Part shown: positions 20,476 through 29,879 of the stretch, in pieces
Layout of the letters: each line of letters opens with the position of its first letter
Position numbering within the stretch: the stretch's first letter is position 1
Assembly: GCA_963697135.1 (NCBI GenBank)
Contig: CAVOMZ010000007.1
Location: 348,463-412,462 of the forward strand
Source of the DNA: an uncultured Chloroflexia bacterium
GTDB lineage: Bacteria > Chloroflexota > Limnocylindria > Limnocylindrales > CSP1-4
DNA length: 64,000 nucleotides
Direction: 5' to 3'
Program-made: the position numbers and the translations under genes
The notes under the pieces: model-generated
Told to the model about the DNA's origin: nothing
Databases searched by the model: none
What the model saw: the letters and a program-made list of their open reading frames with translations, nothing else

Positions 20476-21368
20476 CCGCTTCGAGCGGGCACGCCCGCGC
20501 CGGCGCCGGGCCGGTCGCGCTTGAGCGCCTCTGGGAAGAGAAACCGCCCGAAGGGTCCTCCCGGGGCGGGACCTTTCCCGAGGAGCTGGAGGCCGGCTAC
20601 GACGGGCAGCTGTTCGTCGTCCTTCGGCCAGACCGACCGACGGTCATCGCCAACTTCGTGTCGACGATCGACGGCGTTGTCGCCTTTGACACGGAGGGCA
20701 GGTCGGGTGGCGGCGAGGTCAGCGGCTTCGCCGACTCCGATCGCTTCGTCATGGGCCTGCTCCGGGCGATGGCCGACGTCGTCCTCGTCGGGGCGGGCAC
20801 GGTCCGCGCCGCGCCGACCCACGAATGGACGGCTCGCCACGTGCGGCCGGTCTCGGCCGGCGCCTACGCCGCCTGGCGGGAGCGAATCGGGGTCGTTTCC
20901 GCCGAACCCACCACGGTCGTCGCCACCGGCCGGGGCGACCTCGAGCCGGACCATCCCGGCCTGTCTGCGCCGGACGTGCCAGTGATCGTCGTCACGACGG
21001 CCCAGGGGGCCCGGGGCCTGGCTCCCCATCGGCTCGCCCCGAATGCCCGCCTGGAGGTGGTGGGGGCAGGCGCGGCGGTGAGCGCCTCCGACCTGCTCCG
21101 GATCAGCGCCTCGGCCGGCGCCGGCCTGATCCTCTGCGAGGGCGGGCCGCACCTGATCGGCGACCTGCTCCGGGCCGAGCTGCTCGACGAGCTGTTCCTG
21201 ACCGTGGCGCCCCAGATCGCCGGGCGAGCAGCCGGCGCCGAGCGCTTCGGGCTCGCCGAGGGATTCGCCTTCGAAGTCGCCAGCGCCCCCTGGGCCCGGC
21301 TCGTCTCGGTCCGCCGCGCGGCGGACCACCTGTTCCTGCGCTACCGCTTCACCTGGTCCGGCGCCTGA
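20472..21368 (+). CDS. RibD C-terminal domain / pyrimidine-reductase-like family protein (start unresolved; CTG at 20472 overlaps the folE stop)
   Basis: Frame of ORF 20061..21368: RPDRPTVIANFVSTIDGVVAF...DRFVMGLLRAMADVVLVGAGTVR...LILCEGGPHLIGDLLRAELLDELFLTVAPQI. I found no in-frame ATG/GTG/TTG upstream of the domain. Confidence 0.7.
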   Translation: MTASSGHARAGAGPVALERLWEEKPPEGSSRGGTFPEELEAGYDGQLFVVLRPDRPTVIANFVSTIDGVVAFDTEGRSGGGEVSGFADSDRFVMGLLRAMADVVLVGAGTVRAAPTHEWTARHVRPVSAGAYAAWRERIGVVSAEPTTVVATGRGDLEPDHPGLSAPDVPVIVVTTAQGARGLAPHRLAPNARLEVVGAGAAVSASDLLRISASAGAGLILCEGGPHLIGDLLRAELLDELFLTVAPQIAGRAAGAERFGLAEGFAFEVASAPWARLVSVRRAADHLFLRYRFTWSGA

Positions 21369-21401
21369 GCGCCGCGGCCAGCAGCCGGTGCTGGTCGTGA
21401 C

Positions 21402-21647
21402 CTATTGCTGGTAGCGCTCGACGATCTCCGGCGGGCGCAGCTCCGCCTCGGCAGGATCCAGCCCGGCGGCCTTGCGCGCCTCGCGCTGGTGGAGCAGGTC
21501 GTAGCCCTGGTCGAGCTCGACCTTGATCTCCTCCAGCCGGTCGATGTCGGCCTGGCTCAGGCCGCTGCCGTCGCCGGCCCGGGCGAACAGCTCCTCCTCC
21601 TCGCGGGACAGCTCATTGATGTACTCGAACAGCCGTGCGTCCTTCAT
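21402..21647 (-). CDS. DUF2630 family protein
   Basis: Internal ATG at 21647. The 81-aa sequence MKDARLFEYINELSREEEELF...ELDQGYDLLHQREARKAAGLDP...IVERYQQ matches my memory of DUF2630 in size and pattern. Confidence 0.65.
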   Translation of the reverse strand: MKDARLFEYINELSREEEELFARAGDGSGLSQADIDRLEEIKVELDQGYDLLHQREARKAAGLDPAEAELRPPEIVERYQQ

Positions 21648-21739
21648 CGAAACCACCGCTTCCAGTCTGTCGGGAGGTTGGACCTGCAGTCGCGAGCCTA
21701 GCACCGCCGCGGAGGCGGATGATCCTCGCCTCGCTATAA

Positions 21740-21753
21740 CGTTTACGTACACG
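21740..21753. promoter_or_regulatory. Imperfect 14-bp palindrome CGTTTACGTACACG (12/14) next to TATAAC, candidate MerR operator/promoter
   Basis: Located in the divergent DUF2630/MerR intergenic region, centred on TACGTA, in an AT-rich patch. Confidence 0.35.
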
Positions 21754-21758
21754 TCAAT

Positions 21759-22325
21759 GTGTGCTACAGTTCTCGGGTGACCCTTCAAACCCCGCCCGCC
21801 GACCCCTCCTCGACCAAGGACCTGACGACCGAATCGGGCGTTCCCGAATCGGGCGCTTCCGGATCGGCTTCGGCCGAACCACGCCTCCTCCGGATCCAGG
21901 AGGTCGCCTCCGAGCTCGGCCTGACCACCCGCTCGATCCGCTACTACGAGGAGCTCGGCCTGCTCAGCCCGGCCGCCCGGAGCGAGGGCGCCTACCGCCT
22001 CTACGACGCCTCGGACGTCGAGCGGCTCGAGTTCATCAAGGGCCTCCGCGATGACGCCGGCTTCTCGCTCGCGGAGATCAGCCTCCTGCTCGAGGACGAG
22101 GCGGCCCGGGGCCGGGCTCGCGAGGCGTTCTCTCGTTCGAGCGATGCCGCCGAGCGGCGAGCGATCCTCGTCGGCTCGCTCGCCCGGGTGGATCGCCAGG
22201 CGGGCATCCTGCGCGAGAAGATCGAACGGATCGAGGCGATGGTCGAGGCCGTCGAAGCTCGCCGCAGCCGGCTGTCGGCCCGCCTGGCGGACATCGATGC
22301 GGGCGGGGACGGCTCGATCCGATGA
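21759..22325 (+). CDS. MerR family transcriptional regulator
   Basis: The HTH is LRIQEVASELGLTTRSIRYYEELGLLSP...YRLYDASDVERLEFIKGLR, followed by a coiled-coil tail. The start is uncertain (ATG 21759 or GTG 21777). The stop overlaps the MFS start (ATGA). Confidence 0.85.
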   Translation: MCYSSRVTLQTPPADPSSTKDLTTESGVPESGASGSASAEPRLLRIQEVASELGLTTRSIRYYEELGLLSPAARSEGAYRLYDASDVERLEFIKGLRDDAGFSLAEISLLLEDEAARGRAREAFSRSSDAAERRAILVGSLARVDRQAGILREKIERIEAMVEAVEARRSRLSARLADIDAGGDGSIR

Positions 22326-23665
22326 CCCGTCCCGCCTTCTTCGACTCGCGCGGCCTGAGCGCCTTCGGCCACCGCAACTACCGCCTGTTCTTCGGCGGCC
22401 AGCTGGTGTCCCTCATCGGGACCTGGATGACCGCCGTCGCCCAGAGCTGGCTGATCCTCCAGCTGACCGGCAATCCGTTCGACCTCGGCCTGCTGGCGGT
22501 CTTCCAGTTCGGCCCGGTGCTCATCCTCGGCCTGTTCGGCGGCCTGATCGCCGATGGCCTGCCCAAGCGACGAACGCTGTACGTCACCCAGACCGTGGCG
22601 ATGTTCGTCAGCTTCGCCCTGTTCCTCTTGACGGTCACCGGGGTCGTCCAGGTCTGGCAGGTCTTCCTGCTGGCGGCGATCATGGGCGTCCGGAACTCGG
22701 TCGACATGCCGACCCGCCAGGCGTTCGCGGTCGAGATGGTCGGCAAGGACGACATCAGCAACGCCGTCGCCCTGAATTCGGCGATGTTCAACGCGGCCCG
22801 GATCATCGGCCCAGCCCTGGCCGGCCTCGCGATCGGGGCCTTCGGCGTGCCGATCGCCTTCCTGATCGATGCCATCAGCTTCCTGGCCGTGCTGGGCGGC
22901 CTGTTCCTGATGAACGAGCTCGAGCTGCGGCCCTCGCGCCGGTTCGACCGCCCGACCTCGGTCGGGGCCGTCGTCACGAACCTGGCCGAAGGGTTGCGCT
23001 ATGTCCGGCAGACCGGGATCGTCCTGCTCTCGATCGCCGTCGTCGGGGTGGTGGCGACATTCGGGATCAACTTCTCGATCGTGATCCCGCCCCTGGCCGA
23101 CGACGTCCTCCATGTCGGCGCCAGCGGCTACGGCTTCCTGATGGCGGCCTCGGGGCTGGGTTCGCTGCTGGCCGCCCTGGCGATCGCCTTCGGCGGGACC
23201 CGGGCGGTCCGGATGCTGATCGGCGCCGCCGTGCTGGGGCTGTCCCAGGTGGCGATGGGCTCGATCACGAGCTACCCGGCCGACCTGGTCCTGATGTTCT
23301 TTGCCGGGGCCGGGGCGATCACGATGATGGCCACGGCCAACACGGTCATCCAGCTCGAGGTGCCCGACGAGCTGCGCGGCCGGGTGATGAGCGTGTACCT
23401 GACGGTCTTCGCCGGGACGAGCCCGATCGGCGGGCTCCTGTTCGGGGCGATCGCGGCGAACAGCGGGGCGTTGGAAGCGATCTGGATTGGCGGGGCGATC
23501 TCGTTCGTCGCGGCTGTCCTGGGCTACGTCTGGTACCGGCGGCTGCCGCGCGGGACGATCGGCGAGAACACGCTCCGTCCCCGGCCGGCGGTCGGGGCCA
23601 GCGCGAAGCTCGCCCTCGAATCGGCTGCGGCGAGCTCCGGCGATCGGATGGCCATCGTCGACTGA
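22322..23665 (+). CDS. MFS transporter (EntS/MFS_3-like, 12 TMS)
   Basis: Intact 447 aa. HRNYRLFFGGQLVSLIGTWMTAVAQSWL and GGLIADGLPKRRTL are typical of this MFS subfamily. Confidence 0.85.
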   Translation: MTRPAFFDSRGLSAFGHRNYRLFFGGQLVSLIGTWMTAVAQSWLILQLTGNPFDLGLLAVFQFGPVLILGLFGGLIADGLPKRRTLYVTQTVAMFVSFALFLLTVTGVVQVWQVFLLAAIMGVRNSVDMPTRQAFAVEMVGKDDISNAVALNSAMFNAARIIGPALAGLAIGAFGVPIAFLIDAISFLAVLGGLFLMNELELRPSRRFDRPTSVGAVVTNLAEGLRYVRQTGIVLLSIAVVGVVATFGINFSIVIPPLADDVLHVGASGYGFLMAASGLGSLLAALAIAFGGTRAVRMLIGAAVLGLSQVAMGSITSYPADLVLMFFAGAGAITMMATANTVIQLEVPDELRGRVMSVYLTVFAGTSPIGGLLFGAIAANSGALEAIWIGGAISFVAAVLGYVWYRRLPRGTIGENTLRPRPAVGASAKLALESAAASSGDRMAIVD

Positions 23666-23756
23666 CCCGCGGTGACGGACAAGCTGTCACGCCTGCCGGG
23701 TACTCTCCTCGCATGGTGACCGGACCAACAGACGAACCTTCGCCGGTCGGCCCGGC

Positions 23757-26700
23757 TTGACCGATCCGAGAGAGCTCGAGCCGATCTCGCTGACCTCGGA
23801 GCAGGAGCGGATCGTCCGCTTCGGTGACGGGCCGGCGGTCGTGATCGCCGGCGCGGGCACGGGCAAGACCCGGGTCATCGTCGAACGCGTTCGCTGGCTC
23901 CTGGAAACGCATGGAACCGGCGGCCGGGACAACCTCGGTCGGCTGCTGCCCGATGAACCGATTGAACCTGTCGGCCAAGCGGCCTCCGGCGCCGCCGACG
24001 GGCCGACCCAGGTCGGGCTCTGGCCGGTCGAGCCCGAGCCGGCCGAATCCGGGCCAACCGAATCCACGCCGCCCGGGTCCGAGCCAGCCCAGCCCGAACC
24101 CGGGAACCCGTTCTCGGGCCCACTCCTGCCCGAGCAGATCCTCGTCCTGACCTACAACGTCAAGGCGGCGCGCGAGCTCCAGGAGCGACTTGACCACCTG
24201 GTCGGCCCGACGGTCCGGGCCAGGATGACCGTCTCGAACTTCCACAGCTTCTGCCACCACGTCCTGACCGAGGCGGCCGGCGAGGCCGGCCTGCCACCGA
24301 ACCCGGAGGTGCTCGACGGGATCGGCCAGGTCCTCCTCCTGCGCGACCTCGAGCCGGACCTCGAGCTGCTCTACCACGCCGCGTTCTGGGCCCTCCGGCC
24401 GTTCGTCCAGTTCATCAACCGGGCCAAGGACGAGCTCGTCAGCCCAGCCGATTTCGAGGCCTACGTGGCCGAGGAGCGGGCCGTCTTCGAGGCCCGTCAT
24501 GGATCATTCGAGGCCGCCTGCGAACGGCTCGCCCAGCAGGGCAACCTGGCCGCTCCGCGGAAGATCCGCAAGGAAGTCATGAAGCTCCGCCGGTACGAGC
24601 GAGCCGAGGACCGGGGCGACCCGCTGCCGGCCAGCAAGCCCTCCCCGGAGAAGGCCGCCGATCGGGAAGCCCGGCGATCGGTCGGAGGGATCGGCCAGCT
24701 CCTGCCGCTCGACAAGTTCAGCCCGGCCGAGCAGGTCGAGATCTCCCGCCTCGCCGCGTCCTACGTCGCCGATGGGGCCGCCCTCGAGATCATCCGGCTG
24801 GAGGAGCTGGCCCGGGTCTACCGGCTGTACCAGGCCGAGCTGGAGCGGCGAGGCGCACTCGACTTCGGGGAGCAGATCGCCGCGGTCACCCAGCTCTGGA
24901 AGGTCAGGCCGAACATCCTCCGCCGGGCGCAGCGCTCGTACCGCTACATCCTCGTGGACGAGTTCCAGGATGCCAACGTCGCCCAGATCGAGCTGATCGA
25001 GCTGCTCGGCCGAACCCCCGACCGACCGGACAACGTGATGGTCGTGGGCGACGACGACCAGTCGATCTACCACTTCCGGGGCGCCAGCTTCGCCGCCTTC
25101 GACGAGTTCGTCCGGCGGTTCTCCGGCCCGCCGATCCATGACCTGGCCGGACGAGCGCCGGGAGCGCCGATCCGGCTGCGACTCGAGCAGAACTTCCGCT
25201 CCGTGCCCGAGATCCTGACCGTGGCCAACCGCCTGATCGCCCACAACACCGGCCGCCAGGAGCCCGACAAGCGCCTCGTCACGACCCGGGCGCCCGGCGC
25301 GTCGGTCGACGTCATCGAATGCGCCGGGCCCGAGGATGAGGCGGTCGCGGTCGTCGATGCGATCCGGAGCGCCGCTGCCCGGGACGACGACGGGCCGGCC
25401 TGGTCGGACGTGGCCGTCCTCTACCGCAAGCACAAGCACCGGAGCGAGATCGTGGCTCGCCTGCGCGAGGAAGGGATCCCCTACGCCGTGGTCGGAGGCG
25501 TATCCCTGTTCGACACGCCCGAGGTTCGGGACATCGAGCAGAGCCTCCGGGCGATCGCCAACCCCCACGATGACGTGGCCCTCGTCCGGATGCTGTCGGC
25601 CGGCCCGTGGCGGCTCGATCCGCTCGAGATCCTCTCGATCAGCCGGATGGCCCGGTTCGACCGGAGCCACCTGGTCGAGACGGTCCGCCAGATCGTCGCC
25701 TCGGGCCAGGTGACCGTGGAGCAGGTCGGCGAGCCCGCCGAGGAGTCCGGCCCGTCCGGTCCGGCCGGCCGGCCGGCGACCCGCGACGTGGAGATCGGGC
25801 CGGGCACCCGGGCCCGTCTCCGGCGGCTGCTCGAGACGATCGACGACCTGTCGCCGATGACCTGGCGCGAGGGACCGTTCAGCGTGCTCGAGCGGTTCGT
25901 CGAGCGAACCGGCCAGTTCCTCGACCTGATCGGCGCGGACACCCGCGAGTCGCAGCGGATCGCCCTCAACCTGGCCAGCTTCCTGCGCTTCGCAAGCGAC
26001 TGGCAGGCGGCCTTTCCGGGCGGCCACCTGAGCCAGTTCGTGGACTATCTCGACGCCTACAAGGATGCCGGCGGCGAGCTGGCCACGAGCGTCGAGCTGA
26101 GCGAGGACGTCGAAGGCGTCCGGCTGATGACCGTCTACCAGGCCAAGGGCCTCGAGTTCCCGGTCGTGATCGTGCCGGGCCTGGTCGAGAAGGAGTGGCC
26201 GACCGGGATGGCCTCGTTCGACCTGCTCCCGGTCGATCTCCTGCGCGAGGGCCGTCCTTCGGCGGACTTCGGCCTGGAGGAGGAGCGCCGCCTGCTCTAC
26301 GTCGCCCTGACCCGGGCCGAGGACCGCCTCATCGTGACCTGTCATGGCGGTCCGGCCAGGAAGCTCGCGCCTTCTCCGTTCATCGGGGAGCTGCGGGGGA
26401 CCGGTCCAGACGGCGACGGGCCGGCGATCCGGTTCATCGATCGCACGGGCGGAGCAGACGAGACGAGCCAGTGGGCCTTGCCCGATCCCCCTGCCGCGAG
26501 CGCCGCCTCCGACCCGACCCTGGAGCGGACGGTGGCCGCAGTCCGGCGGGTCATGCCCCTGTCGTCGAAGCGCGAGCGGCGCCTGGCGATCCGGCTCCGG
26601 GCGACGGAGCTGGTCGGCCTGCTCGAAGGGCTCGATCCGGCGGCACCCGAATCGGATGCGGCCCGGCAGCGCCTGACCGATCAGCTGGCCGAGGTCGGCC

Positions 26701-27578
26701 GGTCGGCGGCCATGGACGCCCAGACCGCCCGCGAGCTCGGCCTCGACCCGTTCACCTTCATCGAGCTCGGCCTGGACAGCGCCGCCGGAGCCAACCTCCT
26801 CGAGGTTGCCCCGCTGCCGGCCCATTTCAGCTACTCGCAGTTCTCGACCTACGAGCGCTGTCCGCTGCAGTACGCGTTTGCCCACGTCTATCGCATCCCG
26901 ACGGCCGGCACGACCGGCTACTTCGCCTTTGGCTCGGCCGCCCATGCGGCCTTCGAGCAGTTCACCCGCGAGCGGCGCGAACGCCTGGCCAGGGGAGAGG
27001 CGGCCCCCACCCGGCAGGATCTCGAGCGGATCTTCAGGGCCGGCTGGAAGTCCGAGGAGTTCGGCGACCAGTCCACCGAAGTCGCCTACCAGCGCCGGGT
27101 CGGCAACCTCCTCGACCGGTTCTGGGAGCAGGAGCTGAGCACGACCGGAACGGCCCTCCACGAGGAGCTCCCCTTCGAGCTGACCCTCGACCCGGAGGAC
27201 GGCAGCCCGCCGGTCCGGATCACCGGCTCGATCGATCGGGTCGACCGGCTGGACTCGGGCGGGATCGAGGTGGTCGACTACAAGACCGGCAACATGGGCG
27301 CCCAGAAGGAGCCCGCCGTCAACCTCCAGCTGACGATCTATGCGCTTGCCTGCCGGGATGCCCTGGGCCTGGGCCGCCCGGACAAGGTCACCCTGTACTT
27401 CACCGAGTCGTCGACCCGGCTGAGCGGCACCCGCACCGACGCCGAGCTGGACCTCGCCCGGACGGAGCTGCTCGCCCGGGCCGCCCTGATCCGCTCAGGG
27501 AACTTCGCCGCGACGCCGTCCGCCTCGCTCTGCCAGCGCTGCGACTACGCCGCGCTCTGCCCGAGCCGAGTCACCTGA
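23757..27578 (+). CDS. UvrD/PcrA-type SF1 helicase fused to a C-terminal Cas4/AddB-type PD-(D/E)XK nuclease with Cys cluster
   Basis: Intact 1273 aa with a TTG start. Helicase motifs: AGAGTGKT, ILVDEFQDAN, VVGDDDQSIYHFRGA, LEQNFRS, MTVYQAKGLEFPVV and LLYVALTRAEDRL. Nuclease motifs: YERCPLQYAF, GSIDRVD...EVVDYKTG, QLTIYALA and CQRCDYAALC. Confidence 0.9.
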   Translation: MTDPRELEPISLTSEQERIVRFGDGPAVVIAGAGTGKTRVIVERVRWLLETHGTGGRDNLGRLLPDEPIEPVGQAASGAADGPTQVGLWPVEPEPAESGPTESTPPGSEPAQPEPGNPFSGPLLPEQILVLTYNVKAARELQERLDHLVGPTVRARMTVSNFHSFCHHVLTEAAGEAGLPPNPEVLDGIGQVLLLRDLEPDLELLYHAAFWALRPFVQFINRAKDELVSPADFEAYVAEERAVFEARHGSFEAACERLAQQGNLAAPRKIRKEVMKLRRYERAEDRGDPLPASKPSPEKAADREARRSVGGIGQLLPLDKFSPAEQVEISRLAASYVADGAALEIIRLEELARVYRLYQAELERRGALDFGEQIAAVTQLWKVRPNILRRAQRSYRYILVDEFQDANVAQIELIELLGRTPDRPDNVMVVGDDDQSIYHFRGASFAAFDEFVRRFSGPPIHDLAGRAPGAPIRLRLEQNFRSVPEILTVANRLIAHNTGRQEPDKRLVTTRAPGASVDVIECAGPEDEAVAVVDAIRSAAARDDDGPAWSDVAVLYRKHKHRSEIVARLREEGIPYAVVGGVSLFDTPEVRDIEQSLRAIANPHDDVALVRMLSAGPWRLDPLEILSISRMARFDRSHLVETVRQIVASGQVTVEQVGEPAEESGPSGPAGRPATRDVEIGPGTRARLRRLLETIDDLSPMTWREGPFSVLERFVERTGQFLDLIGADTRESQRIALNLASFLRFASDWQAAFPGGHLSQFVDYLDAYKDAGGELATSVELSEDVEGVRLMTVYQAKGLEFPVVIVPGLVEKEWPTGMASFDLLPVDLLREGRPSADFGLEEERRLLYVALTRAEDRLIVTCHGGPARKLAPSPFIGELRGTGPDGDGPAIRFIDRTGGADETSQWALPDPPAASAASDPTLERTVAAVRRVMPLSSKRERRLAIRLRATELVGLLEGLDPAAPESDAARQRLTDQLAEVGRSAAMDAQTARELGLDPFTFIELGLDSAAGANLLEVAPLPAHFSYSQFSTYERCPLQYAFAHVYRIPTAGTTGYFAFGSAAHAAFEQFTRERRERLARGEAAPTRQDLERIFRAGWKSEEFGDQSTEVAYQRRVGNLLDRFWEQELSTTGTALHEELPFELTLDPEDGSPPVRITGSIDRVDRLDSGGIEVVDYKTGNMGAQKEPAVNLQLTIYALACRDALGLGRPDKVTLYFTESSTRLSGTRTDAELDLARTELLARAALIRSGNFAATPSASLCQRCDYAALCPSRVT

Positions 27579-28873
27579 GCGGGGTCGACGCTGCGTTCGG
27601 CCGCCCGACGGCAACCCTGCCGGTCCGCCAGCTCGTCCGCCTGTCGCTCTACTGGCTGGGCATCTCGTCGATCTTCGCCGGCCTGACGAACATCCTGGGC
27701 AATCGGCTCCAGTTCACCGGCCTCGTGACGCCCGGGACCGAGGGGACGACCCTGTTCGCCCTGACCGTGGGCGGCTCGCTCGTGGCGCTCCTGGTCCAGC
27801 CGACCGTCGGTTCGCTGAGCGACTACACGATCACTCGCTGGGGCCGGCGCAAGCCGTACATCCTGGTCGGCTCGCTGTTCGACGTCGTGTTCCTGGTTGG
27901 CATCGCCGCCTCGAACTCGCTGGCCGCGATCGCCCTGTTCGTGGTCTTCCTGCAGTTCAGCAGCAACGTCGCCCAGGGGCCGTTCCAGGGCTACGTCCCC
28001 GACCTCGTCCCGCCCCACCAGGTCGGGCTGGCCAGCTCGCTCGTCGGGCTGATGCAGGTCATGGGCCAGGTCGCCGGGTTCACGATCGGCTCGATCGCGG
28101 CGGTCACCCACAACTACTTCCTGGCCACGATCTCGCTCGGCGCGCTCGAGCTGACCACGATGCTCGGGGTCGTCTTCCGGGTGAACGACGGCAACGTGAC
28201 GAAGTCACGCAATGGCCGCTCATGGCTGAGCGTGGCCCGCGAGGCCTGGGGGACCGACGTCCTGCGCGAGCGCAGCTTCCTCTGGCTGGTCGGCTCGCGC
28301 CTCCTGTTCCTGATGGGTGGAGCGATGCTGGCGGCCCTCGGTCCGTTCTACCTGCACCGGACCTTCGGGCTGGACGAGACCCAGAGCGGCACGACGTTCA
28401 TCGTCGTCGTCGGCCTCGTCCTGATCGCGAACATCAGCGCGGTCGTGCCGGCCGGCCGGCTGTCCGACCGGGTCGGGCGGAAGCGCCTGCTGTACACGAG
28501 CTTCGTCCTGGCCACGGCGGGCATGACCCTGGTCACGTTCGCCCCGGCATTGCCGGTTGCCTTCGTGGGCGTCTTCCTGTTCGGGCTTGCCTCGGGTACC
28601 TTCCTGGCCGTCGACTGGGCCCTGATGACGGACATCATCCCGAAGGCCTCATCCGGTCGTTACATGGGGATCAGCAACGTCGCCACGGCTTCGGCCAGCA
28701 TCTTCGCCCTGGCCCTCGGCGGGACCCTCATGGACGCGGTCGATCAGACGGTCGGCGGCGGAGCCGGTCCGCGGGCAGCCTATGCCCTGGCCGTCCTGTT
28801 CTTCATCGTTGGCGGGCTGCTCCTGCGCCCGGTCGACGAACGCTACCGGCCGGTGGGCGGGCTGGCCGGTTGA
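27575..28873 (+). CDS. MFS transporter (GPH-like) with no canonical start codon (CTG 27575 overlaps the helicase stop)
   Basis: Tail of ORF 25607..28873: TM1 LSLYWLGISSIFAGL, the loop motif LSDYTITRWGRRKPYILVG, and about 12 TMs. I found no ATG/GTG/TTG in any frame between about 27360 and 27723. Confidence 0.75.
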   Translation: MSGVDAAFGRPTATLPVRQLVRLSLYWLGISSIFAGLTNILGNRLQFTGLVTPGTEGTTLFALTVGGSLVALLVQPTVGSLSDYTITRWGRRKPYILVGSLFDVVFLVGIAASNSLAAIALFVVFLQFSSNVAQGPFQGYVPDLVPPHQVGLASSLVGLMQVMGQVAGFTIGSIAAVTHNYFLATISLGALELTTMLGVVFRVNDGNVTKSRNGRSWLSVAREAWGTDVLRERSFLWLVGSRLLFLMGGAMLAALGPFYLHRTFGLDETQSGTTFIVVVGLVLIANISAVVPAGRLSDRVGRKRLLYTSFVLATAGMTLVTFAPALPVAFVGVFLFGLASGTFLAVDWALMTDIIPKASSGRYMGISNVATASASIFALALGGTLMDAVDQTVGGGAGPRAAYALAVLFFIVGGLLLRPVDERYRPVGGLAG

Positions 28874-28880
28874 AGGCGGA

Positions 28881-29801
28881 TCAGTACCCGTCGGCGACGA
28901 TATTGACCGGGGGTGCTCCCGCGGCGAGCCGTTCGACCTGCTCGTAGACGAGCTGCCAGCCGCGCTCGTCCTCGCGGGCCACGTCACTGGCCACGTGGGG
29001 CGTGATCAGGGCGCCCGGCGCTGACCAGAGGGGGTGGCCGTCCGGCAGGGGCTCCGGATCTGTCACGTCGAGAGCCGTCCGGATCCGGCCGGCCAGGACC
29101 GCCTCGGTCAGGGCGGCCGTGTCCACGATCGGGCCGCGGGAGGCGTTGACCAGGAGCGCCCCGGTCCGCATCGCGCCGATCCGGGCGACGTCGAACGTGC
29201 CCCGGGTCTCGGCCGTCAGCGGCAGGAGCACGACCACGACATCCGCCTGGGGCAGGAGCGAGCCGAGCTCGCTGAGCGGATGGATCCCCGGCCGCTCGGT
29301 CCGGGCGATGCGCTCGATTCGGGCACCGAACGGGACCAGGCGCGCCTCGACGGCCCGGCCGATCGATCCAGCCCCGACGATCAGGACGGTGGCGTCGACC
29401 AGGTCGCGCCCGGCGATCCGGTCCATCCGCCAGCGGGCTTGCTGCTGGGCCGCGAGATAGATCGGCAGGTTCCGCTGGGCGGCCAGGATCGCCATCAGGA
29501 CCCACTCGGCGACGGCCACGTCGTGGACGCCGCCGGCGTCGCACAGGGTCACCCCGGACGGAACCTGCCCGACGTAGCGGTCCACCCCCGCACTCATCGT
29601 CTGGATCACCCGCAGGCCGTCAAGCGCTCGGGCGACCTCGAGCACGCGGGCCAGGGGGGCATTGGCGATCAGCAGGTCGGCCTGCCCGTTGACCCTCGCC
29701 AGGGGACCCTCGGTCGGGTAGACCTGGACGTCGGCCAGCGCCGCTAGGCGCTCGAGCTCGGCCCCGGGCACCGAGTCGGACAGCCAGATCCTGGGTCGCA
29801 C
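28881..29801 (-). CDS. D-isomer specific 2-hydroxyacid dehydrogenase family protein
   Basis: NAD fold IVGAGSIGRAVEARL. Catalytic context LVNASRGPIVD, DVTDPEPLP and ITPHVAS. Intact 306 aa. Confidence 0.88.
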   Translation of the reverse strand: MRPRIWLSDSVPGAELERLAALADVQVYPTEGPLARVNGQADLLIANAPLARVLEVARALDGLRVIQTMSAGVDRYVGQVPSGVTLCDAGGVHDVAVAEWVLMAILAAQRNLPIYLAAQQQARWRMDRIAGRDLVDATVLIVGAGSIGRAVEARLVPFGARIERIARTERPGIHPLSELGSLLPQADVVVVLLPLTAETRGTFDVARIGAMRTGALLVNASRGPIVDTAALTEAVLAGRIRTALDVTDPEPLPDGHPLWSAPGALITPHVASDVAREDERGWQLVYEQVERLAAGAPPVNIVADGY

Positions 29802-29836
29802 CCGGTCAGGCTACCGCGCCCGGACGTCGCCCGGAC

Positions 29837-29863
29837 GTCGCCCGGGCAACCAGCCCGGGCGAC
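29837..29863 (-). terminator. 11-bp-stem hairpin GTCGCCCGGGC-aacca-GCCCGGGCGAC downstream of the protease gene
   Basis: Perfect stem at 29837-29847 / 29853-29863. It is preceded by a tandem CCCGGACGTCG x2. There is no T-tract. Confidence 0.45.
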
Positions 29864-29879
29864 GGCGCGGCTGACTTGC

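Noticed and set aside
24504-27161. 885-aa minus-strand ORF. Similar long ORFs occur at 2104..3756, 11710..13242, 40705..42081, 47202..48509 and 49881..51890.
   Set aside because: All are antisense or off-frame to genes with clear catalytic motifs. They have extreme Arg/Gly/Pro/Asp composition and no recognisable domains.
29821-29846. Tandem CCCGGACGTCG x2 and similar short direct repeats as possible mobile-element ends
   Set aside because: No transposase or integrase gene and no matching inverted terminal repeat were found anywhere in the window. The repeats are adjacent to a terminator-like hairpin and are more simply explained as local slippage.
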